From Podarcis pityusensis (Eukaryota): a DNA stretch of 64,000 nucleotides. The notes under the pieces were generated by a model. It worked only from the letters and a program-made list of their open reading frames with translations. It was not told the origin of the DNA and made no database searches. Shown piece after piece: positions 11,473-25,667 of this stretch; within the stretch, counting starts at the first letter, position 1, and each line of letters starts with the position of its first letter. The position numbers and the translations under genes were made by a program. The stretch is taken from the NCBI GenBank assembly GCA_964106645.2, contig OZ067046.1, one strand, 5' to 3'.

Positions 11473-13473
11473 TCATGTGATATCTTGCGTGTATTTTCAA
11501 GGAAATGACACAAGCTGAAAGCCGAAAGGCTAAAATGTTCATCTTTCCTTCCATGCCTCTCTCTCCGTGACTTTTCTCTTCTCCTTTGCCCTCCACCACA
11601 TCAAAAGAGTTGCCAAACCACATTGCATCTCCCTATTCAAGAACGCAATATAATTAAAACCCATCCACTCCTCTCGGCTAAAATTCAGGTTCTTTGTGCT
11701 AGTCATCTCCCATCTTGCCTACTGCAGCCTTCTCCGTTCTGGCCCTCCCATTTTCACATTTCTATCATCTCACCTCTATCCAAAACGCCGCTGCCAAAAT
11801 CATATACCTCTCCAGTCTCTCAGACTATACAATGCCTTCCCCCCCAAATCCCTTCCCTGGAACCTAGGAAGATGCCATGTATCTGGTCAAAGGACCTATC
11901 AACTAAGTCCAGTTCTTGTGTCAATTCTTCAGGGCCTCAGGCAGAGCTTTTTCACACCATTTGCTACCTAACCTTTAAAAGACATGAAAAAATGAAGCTC
12001 CCTGGGGTTGACCCCGGTACTTTCTGCCTGCAAATCAAGTGCTCTACTAATGAGCTACAGCCTGGCTCCTCTTTCCTTCATGTACTCAACTTCTTGACCT
12101 CACTTTTAAAGCTTCCCAAAGCTTTGTCCAACCTTATCTTTAAGCCTCTGTTTCACCTTATTCTCCACCCCTGACCCTTGCTGATGACCACTGCTCTGCT
12201 CAACACGACCTCCCTCCTTACTCCCTTAAATAATTCTGCCCATTATTCCTTGCCAAAAGTCATGAATGACAGCCAATGAAAACAAGTCTTACAAAACCAA
12301 AACTCCTCCATCAGAGTTCTGTGCAGAACCTTAGCTGGATTGCAAATTAGGCTATGTTTTGCTCAAGCCCGACTGCTGCATAACTCAATTAAACTATCTA
12401 ACAAGCATACCTCGCCTGCCAGCTAAACCGGACATAAAAAGGAAGACTTTCATCTACTGTCCATGCTTGTAGCACAGGCAACGCTGAACATCAATGCTGC
12501 TTTAAACATACAGTATATATTCAGAAATATAGCTGGAATAAATACAGATACGAAAATCTATGCTTTTGTTATCTTGGCGGCATCATCTCAATTATCCTCT
12601 TTGATTTTCAAATGTTAGCAGTTTAATTCAGAAAAATAATAACATTCAGATGCTACACGTTTATGAACTGTGGACGTGAGGTCGGGGCGCTCTGGAGCTG
12701 CAAGATGGAAGTTTTTGATCACAGCAAGGATTCAAAACATCTCTGCCATTTTATACCTTGCAAGCAACTCCAAAGCCTGGCAAACACATTTTGGGCACAC
12801 TCCCACTGGAGAGTTCTCCTCTGCACATCTGATTCAAATGAACTGCAGCTACAGTAAGTTTGCAACTTGCGTGCATTTAACTTGTGCACATTCAGCTTTA
12901 TGCTGGTGATAAAATAAAATAGGCAGAAAGGGGGCAAGGTTCTGGGGAAAATGACTCTGGCAATTCCACCCGCCACTGAACCCAATGGGTTTTGACTATA
13001 TGTGATTTGCCTTTAGGTGCGGACCCCAGAACTTTAACCCCCACATATGTAGCTCCTGATCAATCAGGGTAGTGAAGAACTGCATGGCGGATTGTACCCA
13101 CTCCACTTTTCAGAATCTGTGTTCTCAAAAGGGAAAAACACCTGGCTGCCAGGAATGACACAATGGGGTACTCTGCTCTCTTGCTATCAGGCTACCAGAA
13201 GAACTCTCCTTGCCCCTATCTCCCCTCACCCCACTCCCCTTTCTGAGCTGAATATTATTTATTTTGTACGAAAAATATTTTATCTTTGCACTGTAACAAC
13301 AGAAGCCAACAGCCTGTGTCCTTGAGATGGCAATTCTAAACATAACTTTTGCAAAGTTTGCTTACTAGCCAGAAGATAACCTTGCTTGGAAACTGGTTGG
13401 CTGAAGCAGTTCTGAGATTACTGGGTGGTTGGGAGACCGGCACTTTTACCTACTTTTCGGCCTTCTCTTGATA

Positions 13474-13715
13474 CAGTGGTACCTCGGGTTACATACGCTT
13501 CAGGTTACATACGCTTCAGGTTACAGACTCCGCTAACCCAGAAATAGTACCTCAGGTTAAGAACTTTGCTTCAGGATGAGAACAGAAATCGTGCTCTGGT
13601 GGCGCGGCAGCAGTGGGAGGCCCCATTAGCCAAAGTGGTACCTCAGGTTAAGAACAGTTTCAGGTTAAGAACGGACCTCCGGAATGAATTAAGTACTTAA
13701 CCCGAGGTACCACTG
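13474..13715. mobile_element. Tigger-like mariner MITE
   Basis: TA|CAGTGGTACCTCGGGTTA...TAACCCGAGGTACCACTG|TA. Related copies at 32625, 47430 and 54991 are in the opposite orientation. Confidence 0.9.
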
Positions 13716-14599
13716 TACTGCTCTTAGAAGGATACAGAGTGACGATGATTTGGCTTAAACTGGGGGAGGCAAGTTCAAGGGGAGGAGTTTAAGGAATTCA
13801 TTAAAGGCACTCTGAGCTCAACCACTGTCACCATTACCTGAGCTTTGGGTCAGTGCTTACTCAAGTCCTCAGAGATGAGACTAGCCTAAGACCACCTACT
13901 GAACTGCCTTGCCAAGGTGAGATTCAAACCAGAGGCTTCCTGGCTCATTGCTGTCATTGCCATACACTTGTCACACTAACTCTCACTGTGCTACAAACAG
14001 CAGAGCTCTTGTTACTTAGCAGTGCCTACTGCAAACACACAGTGTTGTTTATAACACCCATAAAGCAATAAAACCTTCTGGATGCAAAACAAGTTTTTGT
14101 TTCACTGCAGACCAACACTGAGGAACTAAGGTATAACTAAGCCAAATACTGCCTCTGTAATTTTTATTTTTAAGAGCCCATCTGAAGGGTGGTTATTCCC
14201 AGTTAAAAGTCCCCACTTCTCTCCTTTTTATTAACTTTCAGAACCAGTCGATAAAGAAAGGGCACTTGCTTTGATGTGCTTTAAGCAGAAGTAGGAGGCA
14301 AAATGGTACACCTATTACTAGATGATATCAAAGCTGCATTAGGAGTATGCAAATTTCCAGGTTTCACAGAACCAGTCAGTGGGCAAAATGAAAAGGGGTT
14401 TTGGTGATAAATGCCCAATCTACAGAGCTGAGATGGAGTATTTACAAAGCTCAGATATGTTTGCTACAACTGCCATCATGATTCAAGTCATTGTTGACTT
14501 CTTTCCTGAAGTTATGTGCTGTAATTTTCAGGCACACAGGTTTTTTTTTGGGGGGGGGGGAATAGATTGCCTTTAAAGATGGCAGTGCCTCTTCTAGTG

Positions 14600-14872
14600 C
14601 GGTTTGCGACATCATCCAAACCTGTAAACCTTGTTTAACATTAACTATGGTTAAACAAGCCAGCTTCAGAAACTGTGGTTTGAAGTTTGTTTAAACTAAC
14701 CACAGTTAATATTAAACTCAGTTTGGATAGTCTGACATACTGTGGTTACACAAAGGCAGAAATTATGCACTCCTAGCCACACAGGAGAGGGGAGCGCATG
14801 ATCTCTGAAAAAGATTATTAGGCTCATTTATGTCTCATAGCCATTGTTTAGCGTGATGTCTGAATAAGGCCA
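14600..14872. mobile_element. Old palindromic AACCATGGTT-rich MITE (possibly Harbinger-like); relatives near 18850-19200, 21766-22309, 22375-22590 and 44400-44730
   Basis: Internal inverted symmetry (ATCCAAAC...GTTTGGAT; TTAACTATGGTT/AACCACAGTTAA) and recurring terminal motifs. Confidence 0.45.
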
Positions 14873-15950
14873 ATAAGAGTCGTATGAGCAGAGCTGTACT
14901 GGGAAAAATGAACAAGGAACAAGGAACAATTATGATATACGACCATATGAAGTTGTCTTAATACCAGTATGGATACGGAACTTTTAGCTCATGGTCAGTT
15001 CAGATATAAACCTTAACTGTTGTTAAAGCCATTGGAAGAAGGGAAGGAACAACTTGTAAGGGATTCTGCAAGCTTTCTTAACTTTGGTAATGTTAGATTT
15101 CAAACTGCGCAACAGTTTCCCACAAAGGGCTGCACTCAAGAGAGGTTAACAATACACACACAAAGTAGTTAAGGGTTCTGGGTGTTTCACGTCAGCCTGT
15201 AGATCCAAGCACATCTGATAATGCAAGAAGGACTAACCTTATCTCAACCTCTCAGTTAATTTATGCATCTACATAAATCCAAAGCCGAAATCAAGAGCTG
15301 TCTTGGCAAAATACACAGTAGTATAGAAATGCGATTAGGAAACCAACAGGGGAGTATCTTGTGGTGTGCAACCAACAGTTGTGTTCCTTTATATGAGGGA
15401 CTGCAGCTCGGTGGCAGAACACATCCTTTGCATCAAGAGATCCCAACTTCAATCCATGCCAGGGCTGATGGGAGAGACTGAGCTGCCTGAGCAGCCATTG
15501 ACTTTGCTGCTGCTCTTCTTCATCCCTTCTGCATTAGCAGTGCGGAAGCACCCTGTCCCTTGCCGCTGACTTCTATTTGCTTTGCCACTGCTTCTTTGGC
15601 AGCAGTCCTCCCCACACCCAGCTCATGCTATTTTGCAGTGCCAGATAGGACCTCTCACATCATCTCATCATTCCCTGCTTCACACTACAGAGGACCTGGG
15701 GGTGGGTTGGATCCTGCCTTCAAGCATCCCATGGAAGTTTTTTTGCAGCAGCAACAAACAATGCCAAGAACCAGAAGAAAAAATGCTTGCAAAGTTACAG
15801 TAACGATAACCCACCACACACATTTTAGGCACCATTGGCCACAGCCTCACAGCCACCCCACCAGAATGAATTGCTCTGAGGGAAGTAGCCACTGCCAAGC
15901 AAGGGTGGGAAGGAAGAAGCAGAGAGACTTGCCAGGTAGGAAGACTTGCG

Positions 15951-16478
15951 CAGGGGTCGGCAAATTTTTTGAGCCGCGGGCCGGTCCACTGTCCCTCAGA
16001 CCTTGTGGTGGGCTGGAGAAGCGGCACCGGGGGGGGGGGAGCTGGAAGAAGAGGCAAGGGGGGCAAGTAGTCTTCATCCGCACCCACCCCCAGCCGCTGC
16101 GCTTAGCTTCCCAGGGACTGCCGCCACCACCACTGTTGCTGCTGCTTTTCGTGGGTAGGCAGAGCAAGCTCGTCCGCTCCGCTCTCTGGCTCACAGGAGC
16201 ACCAGGGTGGCAGTGGAGGGAAGATGAGTGGAGCGAAAGGGCTGGCTCTGGAGAGGGGCTGCTTAAAATGGCGCTCAGCCAGCCCCCTTCCTCCTCTAGG
16301 CAGGGCGGGGAGAAGCCAGGAGGAGGGAGGAAGGTGTGTGTGAGAGAGGCGGGGAATGGAATGGTGCAGGGGGGGAAATGGCGCAGCCCAAACAAGCAGA
16401 ACCCCCACGCCGATCCATGGACGGTCCACGGGCCGGATCCTGAAGGCAATTGGGCCTGATCCAGCCCACGGACCCCTG
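15951..16478. mobile_element. hAT non-autonomous element with GC-rich interior
   Basis: CAGGGGTCGGCAAA...GACCCCTG termini. Its subterminal sequence GGGCCGGTCCACTGTCCCTCA is shared with the 59597 copy. Confidence 0.75.
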
Positions 16479-16788
16479 AACTAGCTAGTAGAAGCAAGCT
16501 TGGGGGAGTGGATTGGACGGCTGTTCCCAGACCTGCCACCTGAGGCTGTTGCATCCATTCACCTAATGGAAAGATCAGCCCTGAGAATCATGACCTCCCC
16601 AGTTTAAGAAAGGCTGGGTAGCTGGAGAGCCATTGCCAGTAAGAGCAAATTCTAGGCGAGACGGTCAAAAGAGAAAATCCATGGTTAGCATATTTGCTTC
16701 TTTTTAGGGCTAAAGTATTTTCACAAAATCAATGTGCAAAGCATAGGAGAGATTTCCATTGTTCAGCACAGATGAAAAAAGAGTGTTG

Positions 16789-16827
<39 letters not shown>

Positions 16828-17939
16828 CAAACTGGGGTAGGGGGTGGCAGAGGGAGACAACAACCAACAACTTCCAGTTGACCATACAGTACAGATCAAC
16901 AGCAACGAACTGAACTACTTTGTACAGAAAACAGTAAGAGACTGGGAAAGACGTACGGGGAGCAAGCTGCCCAGAATAGCTACCTTTCCTTCTGGAGTTC
17001 TGCCTAGGTTCTTGTCAGAACCCTGAACAACCTGCTCTTTGTTAGCACTCCCGCTTGCAGAAATAAATTTGGAAATACAATTACGAAGCCAAGAAGTTTC
17101 AAAAAAATAAGAAGTAAAACAAGACTTCTGCGCAGAGGTGCGTGGAGAAAATGTGGCTATCATCACAAACTGTTTACTTTACGGTTTTCATGACTGAAGT
17201 GCTTCTAGTTTTGTTTGTTTGTTTGTTTGCCTGTCCTATGACAGTGTTGCTCTCATTTTACAAATTGGGAATTGAGTCCGAAAGCTAGGGGGGCTTGGCC
17301 TATAAGGCCACCCAGAGAGTTCACAGCTAAGCTGTCTTTTCCCAAGGCCAAGTCTGAGGCTCTGTTCCATCGGACCACACATACAAATAAAACGCTCTCC
17401 AGTCTGCAACACATTTCCGATGTGGACCTTGATGCTGCACAACGTGCCCACAGCTACTACGGTTAGGTTGCAGAATCTCACCATGAGGAGCATATAATTT
17501 TGTTGATTGCATGGCTTGGGAACCTAGAAACTAGGAGTGTTTGTGGATTTCCTTTAAATGAGTAAGGAGAAGCTGAATGCACAACACGTTAAAATAGAGC
17601 CAGTGTTCCTCTGGGTGAGTGAATGTTTATGTGCTCATTTTAAAAAATGGTTTCTGCAAGCCAGATCGTGGGATGAAGCCAACCCTCCCCCCCCCCCTTG
17701 AGATATGGAAGACACGCAATGACTTGAGAGGAATCTGGGAAAGGAGCGTCCCAAGAAAGAAATGGAGGAGCAGGGTGGATGAGAGGGGTCACATACATGG
17801 AAAGTTGATGATGCAAGTTTGTCAGGAACGAGCCATAGCTCAGTGATAAAAGCAAACGCATTATAGGCTGAAAGTCCTGGGTTTGATCCAGGGCCTCTCC
17901 AACTATCCATTTGTTTAACAACCTTTATATGCTGCCTGA

Positions 17940-18761
17940 TTAATAATAATAATAATAATAATAATTTATTATTTATACCCCACCCATCTGGATGGGTTTC
18001 CCCAGCCACTCTGGGCGGCTTCCAACAAAACACTAAAACACAAAAACCTATTAAACATTAAAAGCTTCCCTAAACAGGGCTGCCTTCAGATGTCTTCTAA
18101 AAGTTTGGTAGTTATTTTTCTCTTTGACATCTGGTGGGAGGGCGTTCCACAGGGCGGGCGCCACTACCGAGAAGGCCCTCTGCCTGGTTCCCTGTAACTT
18201 GGCTTCTCGCAGCGAGGGAACCGCCAGAAGGCCCTCGGTGCTGGACCTCAGTGTCTGGGCAGAACGATGGAGGTAGAGACGCTCCTTCAGGTATACTGGA
18301 CCAAGGCAGTTTAGGGCTTTAAAGGTCAGCACCAACACTTTGAATTGTGCTCGGAAACGTACTGGGAACCAGTGTAGGTCTTCCAAGACCGGTGTTATAT
18401 GGTCTTGGCGGCCGCTCCCAATCACCAGTCTAGCTACCGCATTCTGGAGTTTCCGGGTCACCTTCAAAGGTAGCCCCACATACAGCGCATTGCAGTAGTC
18501 TAAGCGGGAGATAACTAGAGCATGCACCACTCTGGCGAGACAGTCCGCGGGCAGGTAGGGTCTCAGCCTGCTTACCAGATGGAGCTGATAAACAGCTGCC
18601 CTGGACACAGAATTGACCTGCGCCTCCATGGACAGCTGTGAGTCCAGAATGACTCCCAGGCTGCGCACCTGGTCCTTCAGGGGCACAGTTACCCCATTCA
18701 GGACCAGGGAATCCTCCACACCTGCCCACCTCCTGTCCCCCAAAAACAGTACTTCTATCTT
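17940..18761 (-). mobile_element. L2 LINE, 5'-truncated (ORF2 C-terminus plus 3' UTR and (TTA)n tail)
   Basis: ORF 18051..18743 contains VRSLGVILDSQL, RLDYCNALY and LHWFPVRFR, typical of L2 ORF2. Confidence 0.93.
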
Positions 18762-20082
18762 TGCACTGAAACCTCTAAGCGGCTAAAAATAATCAGGTAG
18801 CAGGTGATGTGAAGAACCTCTGCTTGAGAACCAGGATAGCTGCTGCCACTGACCCCATTCACACACAATGGTAAGCCATGGTTAGAAACAAACCATGGTT
18901 TACTGTGAATGAGCAGTGTGCTGGTGCACACCGCTCAAATCACACCTGTCCTGTCTCGCCCTTTGCTGAGCTGCCCGAGAGAGTGCACACCACAAGCATT
19001 GGCTTAGTGTTATATGCAACTGGCTTTCTATCACGGGTTTGGAGAGAAGAGACGCATGAGCACTGGTTCGTGTGTAATGCTAAGCCAGCACTGTGGTTTG
19101 TTTTCTCAAATCGGAAAAGGAAAGGGTAAAAGTGGCCCCATTTCAGCAGCGTTGCACATCACAATAAGCCAATTGTTTTAGATGAGAACCAGGCCAGTGA
19201 GAATACCTAATACTACACTGCAATGCTATGAACACTTGCCTTGCAGCAAGTTTCACTGAAGTCAATGGGGCTTACTTCTGAGTAGACCTGTCTAGGATTG
19301 CACCGTGATTCTATTTCAGTTTGACTGAACTGTGCTTCCCCACCCCCTTGAATGGAACTTTTATAGCTCTTTTGACTGTTACCTATAAGCAATGCATTGC
19401 AGCAAGAGTAGGCTATATATCTAGATTTTATTACTTATTATTGCCTTTACTTGGTTACCAGATTTATGCTTTTTACAGTCAGTGCCAAAGGGTGATTTAA
19501 GCCATAACCCTTGTTACTTTCTGGAGAGTCAGTTTTGAAATCAGTGACTTGTCAAGGCATCTGCATTCAGTTTCTATTAAATTCCATTTTCAGTAGGGAT
19601 TAGGTTTTCTTTTCTTTTTCTTTTTTTGTTCCCCCTCTCAAGGAGAACTTGGATGACTTGCCACGTGGAGATTTTTTTCCTTTTCCCCGGGCCTGCTTGA
19701 TTTCCACAAAACGGCAAGGGAAATTAGGCTGGAGACTGCCAGTGGTGTCCTCATTTCACTCCTATGTGCCCAGCTAACTTTAGCGCAAGGCCTCACAAGA
19801 GCAGAAGAGTTTGTAATAGAAGAGAGAGATGACCAAAGCCAAAAGCCACAAAGACCAGAACTTCATCTGAACCAAGACTCCGCACACTTTAATCTGGTCC
19901 TCAATGACTAAGCTTTACTCTGCTACATGCAAAACAACCACCAATCGTGCCTCTGAGCATGTGTCAAAATCACTTTGTTACCCACCACCAGAAGACAACA
20001 CACAAACACCTGCAATTTAGAGGTTTCTAGGTTAGGGCCAGGTCCTAGGATCTTTCATGAAAGTTGGGGGGGGGGGGAGAGA

Positions 20083-20337
20083 GGGAGCCAGTGTGGTGTA
20101 GTGGTTAAGAGCGGTAGTCTCGTAATCTGGGGAACCGGGTTTGCTTACCCGCTCCTCCACATGCAGCTGCTGGGTGACCTTGGGCTAGTCACACTTCTCT
20201 GAAGTCTCTCAGCCCCACTCACCTCACAGAGTGTTTGTTGTGGGGAGGAAGGGAAAGGGGAATGTTAGTCGCTTTGAGACTCCTTAAAGGGAGTGAAAGG
20301 CGGGATATCAAATCCAAACTCCTCCTCCTCTTCTTCT
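20083..20337 (+). mobile_element. tRNA-derived SINE (Squam3-like)
   Basis: A-box TGGTGTAGTGG, CORE-like GGGTGACCTTGGGCTAGTCAC, (CTC/TTC)n tail. Copies at 58267 and 62200. Confidence 0.85.
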
Positions 20338-21765
20338 AACTATGACACATTCTTAACTATTCAAGGGTATTTTTTCTTAACTATTAAGGAAATTCACAAC
20401 GAAGTTTCAGGTGAAGGGGGGTAGACTTCTACAATGCCAATCTGCACAATGTTAGCAAGGGACAGATTGTGCTTATATGACTGACAGTTAACAATAATAT
20501 TCTGATACAGGAATTCCCAGGGCAACTTCTACGGCAAGAGTAAAGAGCTGCTTATGGAGATAGGAGTTCCGCCTTGAGTCCTTTTGATGAACACGTCTTG
20601 AACACACTACCAGTTATGGGAACAAATACTCAGGCATTTTCAAACATGCCAGACCAGGTGAGCCCTCTCAGACACTTTTGATCTGCTTCGTCTAAAGGCC
20701 GATAAAAGGAATCGGTGTTCGAAACAGCATTACTTGGTGTAGAATTTTGGTGCACCGCACATACAGTGCTCAGCATGTTTCAGGAAGTGTACACCTCTTA
20801 TCAACATGACCTTGTTGTGTGTATTAACTTTGCACGCTCTCGCTCTCTCTACCCCAAATCTCCAACATGCACATCTGACTACTACCCTACTAAAGACTGC
20901 CCAACTACTTAAGGTTCCAATCCTATGCACATTTACCTGGTAGTAAACTCCACTGAACATAAATGGGTCTTACATCCGAAGACACACATATAGGACTGTG
21001 CTGGTAATCTTTCAAACATTTGGACTGACTTAAAGAGATCTGTAGTAGTCACTTCAAACTCAGGAAACTTGTCTTTGAAATCAGGAGAAATACACGTTAG
21101 GGTAATTCTTATGCTCATTCTGAATTTTAAGCCTTGGGGACAAATGACTACTGATCTTTGCAGTCAAATGAGGGGCAGAAACTTTACACACACAAAACAC
21201 AGGATTCTTAAGATTCCAAGAGAAACACTTGGGCAACAAAAACACAAACACAGCAGGGACTGCATATATTTATCCAACACGGGGTATAAAATCCAACTTG
21301 TCTGGTGTTACTAAAATGTAGGCCACCCATGAGTTAATGTATTCAGAGCTAAAAACAAAAAAAGCAGATGGAGTGACATTTTGCTGTCAAAACTGCTTAG
21401 GAGCTAAGGCTGTGAACAATAGAAATTGCACCCAGGAGCAAAATACTGTTAGCGTAAACTAAGCCTTAAGCAAGGAAGCAAATATATACTACCAACAAAC
21501 CAACTTGGAATAATTTTCTATTGAGATACTTACATATTTTGATGGGGTGGAGGTTTCTTCAAATGGGTATTTTAGTTATTGCTGGGTAGCCCAAATGTTA
21601 ATTTTTTGTTTTAACATTTGTTTAAAGGTTTCCGGTTCACAGAATCCAAAACCCAGGAGGTTTACAAATAACTGAAGAGGTCACATCAACATGTACAATG
21701 GGTTGGACCTCTTTTATGAACCATTGTGCCAATCTTGGTTAAAGATCAACCATGGCTTTGTACAT

Positions 21766-21934
21766 GGTTCACGCATAACACTAAAGCTAACTATGCTTTA
21801 GAATGTACAAGCAAGTATCTGGTGCATTATATATGTTGTTGTTGTTGTTTAGTCGTGTCTGACTCTTTGTGACCCCATGGACCAGAGGACGCCAGGCACT
21901 CCTGTCTTTCAGCCTCCCACAGTTTGGTCAAACT

Positions 21935-21987
<53 letters not shown>

Positions 21988-22309
21988 GCTGCTCTGCTTC
22001 TTCCCTGGTCCTGCTGTCTACCAGCATCTCTACTGGTATCTAAAGCCAGAGTTTGGTTTAGGAATACCTGCAAAACCTGGCACGTGGTTTGTCTTTATCA
22101 AAACAAGCCACAAGCTGTAACCAAGGTTTGCCCTTGGCTGACCACTTATGGTTTGCCTGGGTTAACACCTAAGACCAAGCCAAACTATGGCTTAGTTCCT
22201 GGTAGAGAGGCAGCAACGAAACAGGAGGAACAAAGCAGCCATTGTTTTCTAATGTGCACCAGTTTGTTCACACTAAGTCATAGTTTAGCTGAGTATTATG
22301 TGTGAACTG
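21766..22309. mobile_element. Palindromic MITE interrupted by a minus-strand BovB 3' fragment (21834-21935) and (TA)n (21937-21982)
   Basis: Left arm GGTTCACGCATAACACTAAAGCTAACTATG...TGGTGCATTA is the approximate reverse complement of the right arm TAATGTGCACCAG...TATTATGTGTGAACT. The insert reads (GTT)n TAGTCGTGTCTGACTCTTTGTGACCCCATGG. Confidence 0.7.
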
Positions 22310-22997
22310 AGTAGGTGTCTGATTGACAAACTGTAACTATAGCTTATGTCTGAGCAATATCTTGTTTCACTGATCTGGTTCAGATGTAATGCTAAAGTAT
22401 GGCTTATGGAGGTGTCGCCATTAGGTTTGTGTGCAGCAGCTCCATGCCACGTGCAAGGGAAGGACGTGAAGATACTGCAGTTCTGAATACAGGGAAGTGT
22501 GGTTTGTTCAAACCATAGTTTGTTCCAAAACCAGAACATTAAACCATGGTTTGATTCTGAAATTTGATACATAAGCCTGAATATGGGATATTTTGACATC
22601 TAACAGACAAAACCCCTTAACAGAGATTACTTTATAACCTTGAGGGCTATAAACAGGACATCACTATTATAAATAATGTGAGGGATTTATTAGCACAGGG
22701 GAAACCTGGCAGAGGCTACAATCCAGTAGTGTGTAGAATCAAATCCAAGAGTGGGTCTTCGTCCCAGAGGGTTGAATGAAACCTGGCTGTGGGTCACATC
22801 CTGCCCACAGGCTGAAGTTTCCCACCCATTTTAGATCAGCTCCAGAAAAGCCAGGCATACAGCTGATAGGCTGGCAGGTTGTGAGAAGTCTAGTATTATT
22901 TCGCACACTTAGGGCACATCCCTGGATTCAGGGAAGGAAGATTTTCTGTGACAGCTAGAAGCACGTCTACACTTAAAGAACGCCAAGCTGAATTTAC

Positions 22998-23096
22998 CCC
23001 GTTCTTCATGTAAGGCTTCCTCCACATGCATGTGCCCAAGAAGGAAAGGCAGCCTTGGGAATACTTGCATGTTAACATCTCCAAGAACGCACGCTG
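22998..23096 (-). other. Candidate in-frame cassette exon (99 nt): QRAFLEMLTCKYSQGCLSFLGTCMWRKPYMKNG
   Basis: Acceptor ttattttccccctccag|CAG (NAGNAG), donor GGG|gtaaat, open in phase 0. No recognisable homology. Confidence 0.25.
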
Positions 23097-23700
23097 CTGG
23101 AGGGGGAAAATAATTTGGTACTGAATGTCTGCACCCCTTCTCCACACAATTCTTCTTGACTTTAGCTACAGAGGTACTGTCCTCTCTACTACTGAAGTCA
23201 AGAACACAGAATTCAAAGCCAGCTGGCTCCTTTTTCCGGAGTGAAGGGTTGTGGAACCTGCAGTGCAATGAATGGTACAGTACAGCCCTGAGGCATCTCC
23301 TTACGCAGTCTTGATTAAGCAGATTTCTAAGTGTGCGGCTGCACTTATCGTTATGCTCCCAGGCTGTGCAGTAACCAGCAATTCTGCTTAGCCCAGAATT
23401 TCTGTATTGAGAGTTCCTGAACCCACAGTTATGGAACAGGAACAGCCAAATATTTTGTGTGTGCGTAAAAGCACGTAAGCCTAAATTAAGCATAACATGT
23501 CCCACCAACGGACATTTCTTTCTCTTCCAGCATGTGCTTCACCTGCCACTCAACTAGTATACAGAGCATATTCTAACCCTTATGCTGAAATAAAAGTCTT
23601 TGCAAACACTGACCACTTTCCCACATCACAAAAAAAGCTCAACACTGGAACATGATAGTTTCGTTCTAGAAGCTATTTTCAATGCCAGGCCCCACTTATA

Positions 23701-23922
23701 AGGTAAAGGACGAGTGCCAGAGCGCACAAAAATGCCATTTACTTTTCTGCCGCAGTGGTACCTATTTACCTACTTGCACAGGTGTGCTTTCGAACTGCTA
23801 GGTTGGCAGAAGCTGGGACAGAACAACGGGAGCTCACTCCGTCACATGGATTCAAACCGCCAACCTTCTGATCAGCAACCCAAGAGGCTTGGTGGTTTAG
23901 ACCACAGCGCCACCCGCAACCC
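23701..23922 (-). mobile_element. Sauria (Squam1) SINE, internally deleted
   Basis: Similar to the 28936 copy. Flanked by AGGCC(C/T)CACTTATA on both sides. Confidence 0.8.
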
Positions 23923-24797
23923 ATAGGCCTCACTTATAATTAGTAAAGAGGGGCATTTCCCTCCAAGTAGCCAGAAGCTTCCCCAACGTGCTAGGGACAG
24001 AGAGGGTGGGGTTTAAAAATCAAGATGCTTCAGTTTACAGGCAAGCTTGAGTCTCTTTTCTGAGGCATTAAGTCCTGCCGGTGACCACCCAAGATCCCCC
24101 TGAACTCAGGTCTCCCAAACAAGGAAGTAATAATACTGACCGACTGCCTCCCAAAGCGGCTGAAAGGATTAACAAAGCTAATGATTATACATAGCTCTCC
24201 AGTTAAGTCTCCCAGCATGAACTAATGCAAACTCAGCACACTCCATTTCACCAATAGAGGAGGCGGCTGACCGCCTATCCAAACCCCTCTCGCTTCTGCC
24301 AATGCAGCAAGGGAATTCACGCTGGAACGAGGAGGGAGATCTCTAGGGACTTCTAGCCTTCCTCTCTACAAATGACACTGGATGACCCCCCTCAAAGGAT
24401 TCAAGTATTTTACATGAAAATTGTTTTTAAACAATGGCTGCATTGTATGCCTCAAGCATGGGTGCTTGGAGGGAAACAAACATTCTTTTCAAGATTTTAC
24501 AAGGTTTTCTGACCCAGAGATAGATTATTTTGCCCAGGCCTCATTCCGATGTAGAGTAAAGCATCTCTCTTCTCTCCTTACTTCTACTGTTTTTGTGGGT
24601 GAAAGACAGAAATCAGCACACTCTTGTGTCAAAATGGTTATTTTATACGTAGACACAAAAGGTTTAAATATGAAGGTATCTGGGAAAATGAGAGGGATGT
24701 GGGAAGGAACCTGGTTGCAGCCTCACGGACACAGGGCACGTCGACAGCAGAAGTCTGAATAAAATGTCCACTTTCTTCTCTATAACTAACCTGTGGC

Positions 24798-24900
24798 ATA
24801 GAAACAAAGAATTGCAGAGTTGGAAGGGCCCCAAGGCTTATCCAGTCCAACTCCCTGCAATGCAGGAATCCCAGCTAAAGCATCCATGACAGATGGCGAC
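24798..24900 (-). mobile_element. CR1 LINE 3' end fragment
   Basis: CATAGAA...AGAGTTGGAAGGG...TCCAGTCCAAC.CCCTGC is the reverse complement of a CR1 terminus. Confidence 0.6.
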
Positions 24901-25625
24901 CAAACACTATTAAATAACAAGTGATGAAGCAGTAACTGATTAATAAACTGAATTCCTTGATTAAAATTGTGGAGATTGATTGAGCATTGCCATTACATCT
25001 CCATGTCATTTAAACTTTTACCTTAAGGATTCACGCCAATTATCTTGATGGTTTCTCCTCAACTTGGCTGAGCTCCCATCCGATCAGGAAATGGGAAGTC
25101 ATTTCAGAGCAGGAGTTATTAACCAGATATTGAGGGATTCTTAACCAAGAATAGTCAAGGATAATGAAAGTTGCAAGCCAACATCAGGAGGGCCACAGAT
25201 CAGCCATTATCTACCTGAGGGGCCCCTGTAATGATAGAACAGTCTCTGGAACAATCTTCCTGTTTCTAGTGTAGGGTGGACTGGATTGAATGCAACACAG
25301 GCACCTCAGGTACGATCCGGCAAAAAGGAATGTCTTTCTGGATATAGGGTCATGGCTTTATATCCTAGTCTGAGGGGATATCATAAACCACAGTTTTCCA
25401 GTTTGGCTGTCGCAGGAAACTGATATAAGAAACCAGGAAGAAACCTGACTGAAGCCAGGTTTGAGAGAGATATTCCTCTTTTTAGTTTGCCTAAAAATCG
25501 CTGGTTAAAAGTTAAATTGCCGTTTGTGTATTAAAAGATGAACTTACTTGGTGAGGGTTTGGAAATTTTGTGGGGGTTTGGAAGGCTTTTGTCTTCTTGC
25601 TTAGTTTTCATGAAGGGTTAATTTT

Positions 25626-25667
<42 letters not shown>

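Noticed and set aside
15560-16554. Long ORFs of 299 aa (+) and 235 aa (-)
   Set aside because: They cross a GC-rich hAT element and its flank, are low-complexity and show no recognisable domain.
20083-20160. tRNA-like A/B boxes here and near 12000, 15400, 17830 and 49090
   Set aside because: These are SINE heads or decayed SINEs; no intact cloverleaf is visible.
22909-23508. 199-aa minus-strand ORF
   Set aside because: Non-ATG start and no recognisable homology. Only the internal 99-nt segment, in a different frame, is kept as a candidate exon.
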